From: Microbotryum violaceum
Lineage: Eukaryota
Direction: 5' to 3'
DNA length: 64,000 nt
Assembly: GCA_001244265.2 (NCBI GenBank)
Contig: CDLV01000012.1
Span: 868,001 to 932,000, forward strand
Shown here: one piece after another, positions 50,056-63,164 of the stretch
Layout: each line of letters begins with the position of its first letter
Numbering within the stretch: the first letter of the stretch is position 1
Notes under the pieces: model-generated
Databases searched by the model: none
Told to the model about the DNA's origin: nothing
Seen by the model: only the letters and a program-made list of their open reading frames with translations
Position numbers and translations under genes: made by a program

Positions 50056-53000
50056 TCAATCGACTCGGATCCTCCCACTGTTGGACCAGAAAGCGAAAAA
50101 GGCTCGATCAATTTCCTTCGCTCTACCAGCCATTCCAGTCTGCTCGCTCGCGAGACCAACTTACTAAATCGTCTTGAGGAACCAATACGAACTGACGAAT
50201 CCCGTCGTCCCCAACACCAAAAACACCAACCCACTCAACAGCACCAAGTACCCCAAATAAAGCACCTTGTTCGCCAGCCCATCCAAATCTAACCTCGAAA
50301 CCCAATACAAGATCCCGTACCCGAACAGCCAAAGTCCGGCTCCACCTCCCGCAAGGAAGGATCGCCAATGCCAACGGTATTCTTCGCTACAGAGGGCAAA
50401 GTAGGTCATGAGGACCGCCGAGGTGGCGGCAGTTAATAGGACGATGAGGGATGTAAGGGCGAGGAAGCCAAAAGCGTAGTAGACTTTGGACCCGAAGAGG
50501 GATTGCATCACCGCGTAGAGTTCGATGAAGCCGGCCGCTGTGAGGATAGTGCGGGCATTGTTCTCAGGAACTACATCGTTTTGACGTCAGGTAAACGTCA
50601 TTTGACTCACCGGAAGGAAGGATACCCGCGAGAATCGCACTGGGCCACGGCGCAAGCCACCATTCCTTCCGGGGGATCTGGCGCGGAATCTGATTAATTC
50701 GAACGGGGTGTTCGACAGCTCCATGTCGAACACCAAGATAGCCCCCGACCGCAGCAGTCGGCACATTTACCCCGAACCCTAAATTCCGAGAGCATGCGTC
50801 ATTAGCCGGCGTACCAAGGCAGAGGGACATAGATCGGACACGTACATAACCCCACAATCGCCATGAAGGTTCCGAACGGCACCGCTCCCGACGAACCGGC
50901 GCCCAGAAGGAAAAAGTTGAGCAGGTGCAAGAACACGAAGAGGACGCTGCGACATGAAAGGGCCCAGAAGCGTCAGGTTCGGTTGACCAACGCGTCTTCG
51001 AGAGCCTTGCGTAGTGGCATGCTGAACTCACGTCGGGAAAAGCACAGTCGTAAGTAGAATCGTCTTGCGCCATTCTTCACCTTTGAGCGATGCGTAAACG
51101 CGTGAAGAGACGTAGCCGGCAATACACTGCGATGTGAGACCCTCAAATGAGTTTCAATCGACGCAAACAGGCCATAATTCCGCACTCGGTCCCCACGCAC
51201 ACCAAATAATGAGAAAGTGATGAGCATGACGGTTGAGAGTGAGCCTCGGTTCGAGGGGGATAGGAAACCCAAGAGCGCAAAAACTGTCAACGAAGAGAGA
51301 GAAGTCGATCAGCAGAGGCTACACCTAGCACGGTCAGGCCCTCCCATGACTCGCCTAATGTCACCCCCGACATTGCCGTCAATTGCGCACCACTTCCAAC
51401 GACGACACTGAGCAACATCCTCCGCTTCGGTGGTCGGAACACTTCGCCGTGAACGAGCTTCCACCCAAAGTCTTCTTGCACGTCCTCGTCGAGGTCGATG
51501 GAATTGTAGCGAGAAATGTCACCGTGTACGGTTCTAAGGAGGACCATGGCGACCATGCCGCACACTGCACGCGATTCGATGCCACTTTCATCAGTGCATC
51601 TTTTTCCGAGACAAACGTGATGCGATTCTCACGTACGGAAACCGGCAATGATGATGGAGGACGCAAGGGAGAGCACATGAATGCGAGGGTTCGAAACACG
51701 AAGGTAGTGATCCCACCGTGTCGACCAAGGTGTGGCCGACTCCTTCCAGATGATGCTGTAGGTGTAGGCGATCTTGTTGGGTTTTGTCGGATCGAGAACG
51801 AAGGGCGTTGATGTGGCGCACGACGGTGTCGAGGCAGTTTCAGCTAAAGAGTCGCGACTGTGGTGTATATACAAAGGTTCAGCGCCTTTTAGCGCAGGTG
51901 TTGGCTAGCGAGAAGCCATTCTACAAACCTCGACGGCCACACCACTACTCCTACTACTCGTTTGTGTCCGTCAGGTCTCGAATGGTACTCGAGGTAGATG
52001 TCAAAGTGGTTCTGCGCAGTGTGATGCCAATGAAGGGAGGTGTCAGAGTATGAAGGAGTGCGTATACTTTACCAAGGCTCAAGAACATACCGAAGGCTTG
52101 AACACAACATCCGGGTCCGCTTCGGCCGCCTGTTCTCGCGGGAGTTGGTGTCAGTTTCGCGAGCATTCCGACGCACGAAGTCAGACAAAACCTACAGGTG
52201 GTTCCGAGGTCGTACTATCGACCGAACCAAGCGGAAACCCTGCCGAATAAAACAGTTCCTTCGTCCGTGTATCTTGCTTCATCTCCGCGGCGGGCAGTCC
52301 ATCGATGAGCCAGCTGTAGGCGTAGTTTTCCGCTATCCGGTCGGCGAGGAAGGCCGAGTTGTCGGCGGATAGGATGGAAGTGCACAGATGGACGCATGTG
52401 GCGTCTTCTAACATTCGAATCTGTCGGCACACAATCATCAATATGTCAGCTCGCTTGAAGGGGTGAAGGTGTTCCGCTCCGCTCCTTAGATCTCACGTTG
52501 AAAGGGGAGTCGTACAACCGATCGCCAAAGAGGACGCTACCGAGCGATTCGGCCTGTTTCTTGGGTGGCCCTGGTTTTGGCTGGCAAAACCCAAAGTGCG
52601 GATCATAGTAATCGTATCTTCGAAAGGCAATATCGAGGCCGGAACGTGTCAGTGTCTAGAGGTCAATATCGCCGTTCTGTTTAAATCTTTCGGACGCGGC
52701 GGAAGGAAGGCCATGTTGCTGTCTCGTACTCGAAAGTTTGATCTTCCGCCCCAGAGCCATATGCTGTGCGAGCGCATTTGGGTGCGGCTCGATATCGCGT
52801 GCCGCTTGAAGCTTGAAGAGCAATGCCACGACTTGTGACTGGCGTGAACCCCACTTGAAAGTATGCCGAGGAACGCGTGTCGCCGAGCCCAGGTTGCGGA
52901 GCGACAGTGCGGGAGAAGGGCTACTCACGCTACCATGCTCTTGACTTGAGCATTCCACCCACTCGCATGGGGTTTGAGCGCATTGACCAAGAGAGGCACG

Positions 53001-53297
53001 TGATCTCCGGGAAGGTAATCCTTGGGTGCTGCGCCGGGCAGGTCTGTTGTGGCCAGGTTGACGACGGTGCCAAAGTTTCCGCGAGCGCAGCGCGTAGGTT
53101 GGGTGTAAGGAGAGTCAGAACTGGCGTGATTCGATCGGGACAGATCAGGACTGACAAAAGGCTTGTGTTGCAGTCGCATACAACGAAGTAAGTAACAGTA
53201 AGGAGCTCTTGCTGGGCCCTGAGCGGGGCCGCCGACGAGAGAGTGATGAGGCGTGGGGGGTTGTCGTCGTGCCACGTTGACGCGCCGTCGAGGGCAT
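50056..53297 (-). CDS. EMP70: Transmembrane 9 superfamily / nonaspanin (Emp70/TM9SF2/4-like)
   Basis: Signal peptide then AFYLPGAAP, YDYYDPHFGFC, ESLGSVLFGDRLYDSPF, WLIDGLP, WSTRWDHYL, EDFGWKLVHGEVFRPP, LGFLSPSNRG, PVRINQIPRQIP; ends IYGRIRVD*. Confidence 0.95.
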
Positions 53298-53940
53298 GGT
53301 GTGGGTGCTGGGATGAAGGTGTATTGGTGCCAAGTGGCTACTCAGCTCGTCACCGGATCGGATTATCGATGTTGGTCGCCAAGTGGGATTAGCTCGGGGA
53401 CCAGGCCGAATGTGAACACGGGGATGTCGCAGTTGCAATGAGCGGGCGAGGAGTGAGCGAGCGGCCTTGACGGCCCGACCTGGCCCGACCTCTCTATTCA
53501 GGTTGAGTCGTTCGAAGGAGAAAAACCAAAAAGAAAATGGGAGAAAGAGGAGGAGAAGGTTTACGTGCTTGCTACCACACTTATTACCAGTGTTGCGAAG
53601 TATAACAATATCTGCTACGCCTTGAACCCGCCTGAGAGATTTCAGGCCATTGCAGTCTGCCCTGATTGATTGGGTCTAATCAATCAGCCTTTACATCAGA
53701 AAGCAGTTTCAGGGGCCGAGGGAAGAACATGTAGAACATTGTTTGATTATAAACTCGTACAACTCTTTCAAGCTTCTCCATCCGACAGCTGTAGCACTCG
53801 CTGTTGTACTTTGAGGTCGAGCTGAGGTGACGGTGAGGTCCGAGGATCTTGGGAGTGTTGCTCGATCGGCGGCGGAGGCAAAGCCTGCTCTCCCCTCAAC
53901 TTGACCTCGACGCGACTCGACTCGATTCGACTGGGAAGCG

Positions 53941-56900
53941 ATGGCGCCGTCGGACCTGCGTGATCCACGGCACCTGCTCGCCGCACGTGATCGTGATCGT
54001 GATGACGACGACGACCCAGCTAATGGTGGTTCTACGACGGGTGCGGTCCCAGCCAGCGAAGTCGTCGGCGCTTCCAAGCTGGCTTCGTACGACCAAGGTG
54101 TGGTGCGCAAGTCGAAACGGGAGCGCGAGGCCGAGGCACAACAACTCAAGGCCAAGGAACAGGAACAGCTCGCTGCCAAGGCCTACAACGATTTCATGAA
54201 GGACTTTGGCGGGGATGACGATGACGACGACTCGGGACGTCACTCGTCGTCGTCGTCGCGCTTGGGGCCACGCGGGGCGACGAGGGGCAAGTACTCGGCC
54301 GGCAAAGCGTTCGTCAGCGCTGGAGGAGGGCAGCGCTACAACCCTCTCCAAGACCGACCACCACCCCCAGCTCCAGCGCCGACGGCGTCGACGTCGTCTC
54401 TACCGAGTGTGGTAGGCGCGCCAACGGCACCGAGGGCGATGAGGCTCCCAGAGCCCGTACAGGCAAAGTCATCAGCAGTTTCCGACAAAGAGGTGGGCCA
54501 ATTCTGCTCTCGTGAAATCGATCGACCTAGTCTTATTTGAATCCGTCTCCCCAGACTCGACCAAGCGCGAGCACAAGCAAACCCGGTGTCGTCCTAGGCA
54601 AGAAGCGCCGAGACGGCGACAGCTTCCTCGAACAACTCAAGAGGTCGATCCACTCCCCCCCGCTTCCTTGCGTCCTCTGCAGGCGCCTTGTCGTGTCGAT
54701 GTGAACTGAACATGACGTGTCTTTTCCTTACCCTGTGCTCCGAACGTGTGATAACTCCGTACCCCTGTCGCATGTCTGGGTCCCGCATCGACGCTTGCAA
54801 ATACTGTCGTCCATCAGGGAACAAGCCGAACGCGAGGAGCGACTCAAGCAAAAGGCCGACCGGTGTAAGCCATGTGCGAACACCTTGAGTGTCGTTTCGC
54901 TGTCATCTGACACTCTTCTCTACCTGCAGTGGGGTCGTCGGTCACTGCACTCGCGGGTATGCCCGAACTTTCGCCTACTCATCAGTACTTGCAAGTGCTC
55001 ACACATTTTCTTTGACATGTCTGTCCCGCAGCTCGCGAGAATGCACCAGTCCTGACCGGATCTTACGACACTGGCGATCCTTTGACAACCAACATCCACG
55101 TGTCTCCGCTGCCTCAACATGTCACCGAGGATACGCTCGGCATGTTCTTCGCTCGTTACGGACCGATCGGTAGCGTCAAGGTGCGTGATTCATCGTTTGG
55201 TGCAGAGTTGTGATCGATACTCACCCACCGGTTCATGTTCGGCAGATCATGTGGCCGCGGCTTGAACCGGGGGCAACACTGGTGGGTCGACGACAATTGT
55301 CAGGCTTTGTGGCCTTCATGCGCCGACCGGATGCGGAAAAGGCAGCGAAAGAACTGGATGGCGTAGAGTGGGGCGGGACAGTTCTCAAGCTAAGTTGGGG
55401 CAAGCCAGTACCGGTACCGACACGCGCTGTTATAGGTATGTGTTCATTCGATGAGCTCAATTACGCGTCTAGTCATCAACCCACTGATCCGCTATTCCGT
55501 CTACCCCTGAACAGACATAGAAGGATCCAGCACGCGAAGCGATCGGCAAAGAGAGCGCCTGCATCGTCCATCCCGGCGTCGATCCTCATCTCGATCACGC
55601 TCACGATCCCGTTCCCGTTCACGATCGCCGAAAAGACGACATCGATCATACTCACCGGACGACGAGCGCGCCCACGCGCGCAGGGAATGGCCCACACTCG
55701 AGGCTGGCATCGAGGAGAAATTCTTGAAGACGATTGCCAATAGGATACTGGAGCATGGAAGTGCGTTCGAGCATGCACTCAGGGAAAAGGAAAGGCACAA
55801 TGCGAAGTTCGACTTTTTCCGCGAAGACAAGGTGGGTGTGACTACATGAGATTCTGGCCGCTCGCTCATCTCTGACGACTGCACCCTACAACGCCGAGTA
55901 TAGCTCCCTTCCTACCACTACTTCAAGATGCTTCTGGATCGCCACTATCGAGCTCCAATGCCGGCAAAGTTCGATGACGTCGGTCCCGCCGAGGTCTACT
56001 CTTCCGACACCGAGGAGGATTCCGAGAACGAGCGCATACTCAAAGGTCGACTAGGCACATTGGCTCGAAAACGTTTCGAAGCGCTCTTGCGAACTCTGAC
56101 CTCGACGAGGGGGAACATTGCTCGTGGCATGGCTTTCGCACTTGAACATGCCGACGCAGCATCCTTCATCGTCGATTTACTCATCGCTTCACTCACGCTC
56201 GAAGCGACACCCGTACCTCGCAAGATCGCGCGCCTCCATCTCGTCAGCGATATCCTGCACAACTCATCCGCGCCCCTCCCTAACGCTTGGATGTATCGCT
56301 CGACGTTCGAGGAACGCTTACCCGTCGTGTTTGATCATCTCGGTGAGATTTACAAATCCTTCCCAGGGCGTATGAAGGCCGAGCAGTTCAGGTTGCAGAT
56401 CAGCAGTATTGTCGACGTATGGGAACGGGATTGGATGCTCTTTGAGACGCGGGTATTCGACGATTTCCGTCGACGTCTGGCTGGGGTGTCCGAACAACCC
56501 ATTGAGGAAACCAGTATCGAGCCCGAAGTAATCCCCAGCACGGAGCCCGAAGCACTCATCACCGCCAGTGCTCATTGGGCTCCCGTCTCCAGCGCTTTCA
56601 AACCTGCCACAGTGATCACCACCGGACCCATCGCACCTCCAACACCAAGACCTCCTTCCCCGATTCTAGGACTGGCAGCTCCCCCGGCGAAGAAACCTCA
56701 GATCAAATTTGGCGGGTTCAAGACGGCTTTCACACCTACGACGGGGTTGCCTCAAATTCCTGTGGAGGACACTGAAGCGGTCGAAATAGAGATGGAAGCG
56801 CGTCCAGCCGGGACTTCAAAGGACCCCACTTTAGCTGCTGAGCCGAATGATGACGATGGTGAAGCGATGGAGATCGAGGATGACGACGAAGACGTCGAAG

Positions 56901-57061
56901 ACGTCGACGGTGTTCCGTGGGAAGGTCAGGATTCAGAAGGAGATGACGTCGATGGCATACCCCTTGAAGGTGCGGACGTGGATGGATCACCTCTTGAGTT
57001 GGAAGATGTGGATGGGAACCCGATTGATGCGGATGATATGTTCGAAGGGCCGCCAGCATGA
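53941..57061 (+). CDS. U2SURP: U2 snRNP-associated SURP-motif protein (RRM + RS + SURP + CID)
   Basis: GSYDTGDPLTTNIHV, YGPIGSVKIMWPR, SGFVAFMRR, RS repeat, HGSAFE..FDFF, RKIARLHLVSDILHNSSAPLPNAWMYR, GRMKAEQF. Confidence 0.92.
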
Positions 57062-57386
57062 GCTTCAGCTTCAGTCGAGGTTTTGCATACGCTCGTGTAG
57101 GCTACTGCAAATCTGTGCACCCTTGAAAGCAACCATCGCGCTTGCGCTGCAAGCTTGTAGATTGCGAGATTTGATTGGACATGGGTCAATTCCAAGATAT
57201 CGTGATAATCCCTGGGCTTTTGGACACCAAAGTGTGACTACGCTAGTGGAAAAGTTGACCATTTACCCAAAAGTTTGGGGAGTGATCTGAGAAGATGCGC
57301 AATGCGAAAAGGAGAAGGGGGAGGAGTGAGAAGAAAGGGAAGAACAGAGACAGGATCTGTATAGTTGGTGGAGTTAGCTCCTTCTC

Positions 57387-60300
57387 TTAATAGTCATCCT
57401 CGCGGTTGCGGTATTGTCGTGGCGGACGAGGTGCGGCAAGTTCGACGATGCGTTGGTGAGCTTGCTCGATCGTCGCGGGCGTACCCACAAGAGTGAGTTC
57501 TGGAGTACGAATGAAGTTATGCCGATGAGCTTTGAACGGGGTATGGGCCAGGGGGGGGGGGGGGGGGGCTTACGGTTGGCATCGCGCTTGCCGACGACTT
57601 CGGTCTCGACGCCGAACGCGCGCAATTGATCGAGTCCTGATCCGCCTCGGCCAACGATGCGAGGCACTGTGGGGAGCCAAACGTCAGCTCAGACATCAGC
57701 ATCTGGACTGTATTCACAGTAAGAGACGGATAAACTCACTGCTGCCCCGAGGAACGGTGACCCAGCCAACATGTGTCGCCTTGTCGGACTGATCGAGCAG
57801 CTTGCGGATCTCGGCCGCGACCTTGTCAGCGTTCTCTTGCGACGAAGACTCGATGACCCACGGGATCTCGCTTTTGTCATCCAATTCCTCTTCGTTGTGA
57901 AGCGAGAGGAGCTCGAATTGCACGGCCGCTTCGGCCGCACTTTCGTCATCGTCGATACGAGCGGATGCGGCGGTGTTGTTGCCTGTAGGGGTGGGGAGCT
58001 TCTTGCTCTTACCGCTCGACGAGGGAGGCTTAACTCCATCGTGGGTGACGCGAGTACCCGATGGCAACGACCGGAAGAAACGACCACCTTGGGCGATCTG
58101 GGCGTGGTGGCGCTTGGGAACGGAAATGGTCAGCTTGACCGCGGCCGAACTGGCGTTTGGTCGCAACTTGGAGAGCTCGGCAGCGGCGGCGACAGCAGCT
58201 TCCTTAGGTCCAACAATCTTGACGGTATCGTTCTGCGCCGCATCGGCGACGTCGGCGGCGTTCTCAATCTCTCCAGTCTCGGCATAGTCCTTCCATCCGG
58301 GCATGACGACCTTTACGCCGTGCTTGCGCTGGAACTCCTGCAGAGCAGACGCGCCCTTTCCGATGATAGATGCATGCGCCGATTGCGGCACGACGACACC
58401 CCAGACGACACGCGACTTCAAGTTGGCCACTTCCTTCTCCAAGGAAGCGCGGATCTTCTCCGCCACCGCTCTGGGAGCGGTAATGGTGACCTTGTCGTCG
58501 GCTTCGCCTTGACTGGGGAATCGAACGGTGTTGCCCGATGCACGGGCGTCGGTGGGGCCTCCGGCCTTGACGATGAGTTCACGAATGCTCGACCCTCCGG
58601 AACCAATCAAGGTCGTATGGAACGCACGAGGTATCTCGAGGGTGAATCGGGCCTCATCGTCAACCTCTTTGGCGATGGCCACGATCGCCGCCTGGGCCGC
58701 TTTAATCGCTGACTTGGTGCCTCGGAGGGAGATCGTTGCCGTCGGGGCATCGTCGCTTTGCTGGTCGACGTCGATCGATTGAACGCCGGTGTCATCCCTG
58801 ATTTGGTTGACCGAAGCTCCTGCCTTGCCGAGAATACGAGGAAGCGACTTGGTTGATACGGTGAAGGTGACGACATTTCCGTTCTCCTGCTCGTACGCAA
58901 TGAGAGCGACGAGCTCGCCCTTGGCAGCGTCAGCTCCCTTCTTGGGGCCGCGAACGGTGACTTCGTTCGATTTGCCCGATGACACATCCTCCTCGTCGCC
59001 TCGGTTGTTACGGGGGAAGTTGATGCGGACTTCGTACTTGTCTTCGAGTCGCTTGAGGTAGGCACCTTGCTTACCAATCAACGAGCCGCGGTCGAGCGAG
59101 GGCGGGATCGTCAGCGTCAGCGTGACCTCGTCGGCGATCTTGGTCACCAACGATTGGATACGGCGCTTGGCTTCCTCCGCATTCTCCTTTCGACCCTTGA
59201 TCGTAATCTTGCTGCGGGTCGATGAGCCGGTTCCAGCCTTCTTCTTGGGAGCAGCTGAGGAAGTAGCGGCAGCGCCGGCGCCACCGAGTTCTTCGATGTC
59301 GATGCGAACACCGAGTTCTTCCCGCAGCTTGTTCACTCCGGCTCCGGCCTTCCCAACAATGTGTCGTACGTGAACAGTGTCCATCTCGAATTCCACGATC
59401 TGTGATCGAGTGGTTTGGTTTCCAGTAAGTCAGTCAGTCTTTCAAGTTCAGGGCCAGCTATCAAATTAGACGCACATGAGAGTTCACGATCTCCTGGTTT
59501 CTGGCGTCTTCGGCGATGCGCTCGAGCTCGTTCTTGACACGCTTGACCTCTTCAGAGGGCCCGCGGATGACGACCGCGTTCTCCTCCTTCTGACTTGAGC
59601 CATTCGCCTTGCCAGCGTACTTCAGTCCAGTGGATCCGAAGCGAACGTTGACGAGCTTGTCCTCACCGATGACGGCGTTCAGAGTCGTGCCGTCCTTTCC
59701 GATAACAGCACCGTGGAGCGAAGCCGGTATCGAGATCGTCTCGACCTTGATATCTGCCGCGTCCTTGGCCAGGCCAAGGATCTCCTCCCGAGCAGCACCA
59801 AGCGCCTCGGCGGCCGCAGCGGGAGAAGAGGCAGTGGCGGAAACGAGCAAGATGTCGCTGCGGTCCTCTCCATCAGGAGGGAAGATGACCTCGACGCCCC
59901 GCTTCTCCTCCAAGGCCTTGATCGATTTGCCGCCCTTGCCGATGATGTGTCGGTGGATCAGGCTATCGACTTCGACGATCGCGAAGGCTGCAGGCGGCAG
60001 CTTGCGCACTATGTCAATGACGGCTTGGCGAGCTGCAGCAAGTCCCTCCTTATCTTGGCCGACGATCTCGAGTTGAGCGTCACCACGCTCGATGGCGGCC
60101 TGACGAGGTAGGAAGATCTGGACACGATTCGCGTCGGACAAGGCACGGAATTTGCTCCTGCGCAGGACGTAGCGAGCGAGGTGCGATGCGTAGACTTTTC
60201 GATCGTGGGTACCGGCGTGGGCGGTCAACAAGTCGAGCGACTCGATGGGCGTCGCGTTCGCCTTTTGCATGACTAGACCGAACGCACGGATGAGGTTCTC

Positions 60301-61988
60301 GTTCGTGCCGCGCAGCGTGATGTCGTCGTCCGGCGACTCGGCAGGGGGAAGGTCGATCGAGCATTGCGCCTCTTCGAGAATCGCATCCGCGGTCGCACCG
60401 ACGAGGAAACGGTGCTGTCGCTTGTTGATCTTGATCGAAACCGTCGTCGTCGAGCGCTTAAGCTCGGCCGCCTCGGCTTCGATAGCAGCGACGACCTTGG
60501 CCACGGCCTCGCGCTCGCCGTTGATCGAAATAGTCTTTTCCATAGCCGGCTCGGCCTTGTCGTCAGCGTCCGCGCCGCTCGACGCAGCGACACCCCGTCG
60601 TTCAAAATTGCGCGGGATGGACACGTTGACCGAGCCCGTCGCTCCGACGCTCTCGACGATAGCGTTGATCTTGGAGCCCTTCGAGCCACGAAGCAGCTCC
60701 CAGAACTCTTTGGGCACCGAGTCGAGCTTGGTCGTGACCTTGGACACGCGTTCCGACACGATGGCCATGACCTGTTGCCGTGCCTCCTCGACCGCGCTCG
60801 AGTCGCCCGAGATAGTGATAGAAATGAGCGGGCCGTCGGGACCTTCGGGTTCGTCGTTAGTGTGGTCCTCGTTGGCGTCGCTGGCATCCTGGATGGTATC
60901 ACGATTCGGCAATTGTACGTTGGCTCCGGTGGAGTCGGTGATGGACTTGAGAGTGCGACCTAGAGGATCGTCGTTTCACGGATTGACATTAGCCCGCGGC
61001 CCAGCGGTGACTCGTCTGACTTCCGATTCTTACCTTTGGCTCCAACAATGAAACCACGCGTGCTAGCAGGAACCTTGATCTCGATCGAGACCTTTTTGGC
61101 CAACCTCGCGAGCAGGTCTCGCTTGACCTTGGCGACATCGTCGTCAGCCTTGCTACCTTTGCCCTTGATGATGAAGGTCGTCGTGCCGCGGACAGTCGAG
61201 GCTTCGACGGTGACGGTAGGATTACGCTTCATGAGCAGCTTCATCACCTCGCCCAAGGTCGTCGGTTCGACTTCGCGAGCGTTGGAGAAGGTCTGACCAC
61301 GACCTCGACCGGCACCGGGACCCGAGGGGGCCTGGATGTGGATCTCGGACTGGGCGAGTTGGACGGTAGCGGTCGCGATGGGAGCACCGGTGGCAGCGGA
61401 GCGGTTGTCGTCACCTCCATTCGGTTGTTGGGTCGTAGCTGAACGCGAGGCTTCTAACGGGTTGTTGGCGGCAGCAGCTTGAAGACGTTGAGCCACCGAT
61501 CCCCCTACACCGCCGCCCCACGACGCGGCCGACGCGGCACGCGGTGCTGCGGTGATCCCGCCGAGGGAAGGGAAGGCCGACTCGTCCGAGACATCAAGGG
61601 CCTTCTTGGCAGCTTGAGTCTGAGCGGGAGATGCCGACGACGATGCTGACGCATCAGCCGAGGCAGCACCTGCTACCGCCCCGGCACCGGCGCCGGCGGA
61701 GGGAACCCACAGCGACGGGTACGGGTCCTCCCTGATGAGCTTCTCGGGCGGGAATGGGTCCTCAGTCAAGATGTCGTTCTGAGGCTTGGCTTGCGCGGTG
61801 GACGAGGCTCCCGAGGCGTGGGCTTGCTGCATGAGCTGGGCCGCCGAGAGGGGAGCGGATTGCGCGCGGGAAGCCGACGCCGACGTGGCAGTCGCACCGG
61901 TCGAAGAGCCGTGGTCGGCAGCGGTACCGTTCGTGTTGGCCTGGGTCGAGAGAGACGGGAACGCATCACCATCGAGTGCGGACGACAT
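57387..61988 (-). CDS. SCP160: Multi-KH-domain RNA-binding protein vigilin/Scp160
   Basis: Repeated KH GxxG loops (IVGAKG, IIGKGG, VIGKDG, IVGKAG, LIGKQG, LIGSGG, IVGRGG); N-terminal SESAFPSLG-like motif. Confidence 0.95.
57551..57568. repeat. G18 homopolymer (poly-C on the sense strand) in the last SCP160 intron
   Basis: 18 consecutive G seen directly, just after the minus-strand donor GTAAG. Confidence 0.9.
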
Positions 61989-62868
61989 GACTGATGACGG
62001 TGCGAGACGACGGCTGGGGCTGGGGTGGGGCCGGGTAGAGTGGGTAGGAAGGGGACAGGATGGGACGATGGGCGCTCAAAGTCAGGAACGAGCACGCAAT
62101 GAGGTCGGATTAGGCACGACGAGTGGGCAGTCGAGCCTTGTAGGTGGTGGGAACGTGTGAGTGTGACCGGTGAAGAAGGACCAGACGGGTTGAGGACGAT
62201 TTCGCAAATGCACGTGAGGTGTCAGGTAGCAACTAAGGGGCGCGGTGGGGGACCATACTTGCCTATACTCGCTGCCGCAAGGTGCGCTCCAAAGCTCCAA
62301 CGTTAACTCCAACCGCTCCAAATGCGAGTTTCGATTAAGACTTCGAATTTTGTGGTCATCCACTGCACTCGCGTACTGTTCGGGCGGATGTGGCAGGCAG
62401 TGGAGGTCAATACAGTGACCAAGCTCAAGCCACGGAGACGCTGTGGCAGCTAAATATCAGACTAAGATCCCACAACCCCCGAGAACTAAATCAGCTTGGA
62501 CACGATCTACTGCTGGCACGGCTCGGAGTCGGTATCGCCACAAAGCTTCGACTGCGACTCCCAGAGCCCCGGCGTCTAGGCCTCTCATCATCTTTCAATC
62601 CACGGGGCGCAGAACCTAAGCCGTGGGAGTGTTGCATTCCACCATCCGCTTTGTAACGTGCCGTGCGGCCCTCGTGCAATGAATTATCCTTTCCTCCGCC
62701 CGGCCACTGCACTGGCAGCGACCTGCCAATCCATAACTTGATATCCAACAACGACGACAGCGGCGCAGACGACGACGACGATGACGATGACGACGAAGAT
62801 ACCATTCTCAGTAAGAGGGATTGCGCGGCGTTGGGTGACAGTGCGTGCCTTGTAGTTGTAGTGTTCTA

Positions 62869-63164
62869 CGTGATATCCGGCGCGCGTGAGTTCTAGGTTT
62901 TTGCCTTAACTTCTTCGAGATATGGTGCAGGTTCACGTAGGAAGGGCAAGTCGCGAACTTTGGTCACGTGATGCATACTTGCTTGCACTTGACTGGCAAG
63001 TTCGTCGAAGACAGTGCCACGAGATCCAAGTCGTTCATCGAGCTGTGAAGATAGTACGTCACGTGACGAAAGTTCGCGACACCCATCTAGTACGTAAATT
63101 TAAACTCCGTGCCTTCATCTCGAAGAAGTTAGGACACCAACTCAAACGCGCGCCGAATGCCCCG
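62869..63164. mobile_element. Putative degenerate MITE: ~100-bp imperfect terminal inverted repeats, TA-flanked, non-coding
   Basis: Inverted blocks: CGGCGCGCGT 62878-62887 / 63146-63155; TAACTTCTTCGAGAT 62907-62921 / 63117-63131 (15/15); GTCGCGAACTTT[G/C]GTCACGTGA 62950-62971 / 63059-63080 (21/22); TA at 62867-68 and 63165-66. Confidence 0.6.

Noticed and set aside
54643..54817. TTTTCCTTAC in a U2SURP intron resembling a U12 branch site
   Set aside because: The donor is not RTATCCTT, and the motif is imperfect and far from the acceptor.
7227..57389. Stop-codon readthrough giving cryptic PTS1 signals
   Set aside because: The stops inspected (LAP2, MES1, MVD1) lack the TGA-CTA context, and the LAP2 and MES1 extensions do not end in SKL-like tripeptides.
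55..61988. A functional gene cluster (for example RNAi/chromatin: SET, RdRP, vigilin, Nse3)
   Set aside because: The genes are widely spaced among unrelated housekeeping genes. Nothing in the sequence indicates co-regulation, and synteny cannot be tested here.
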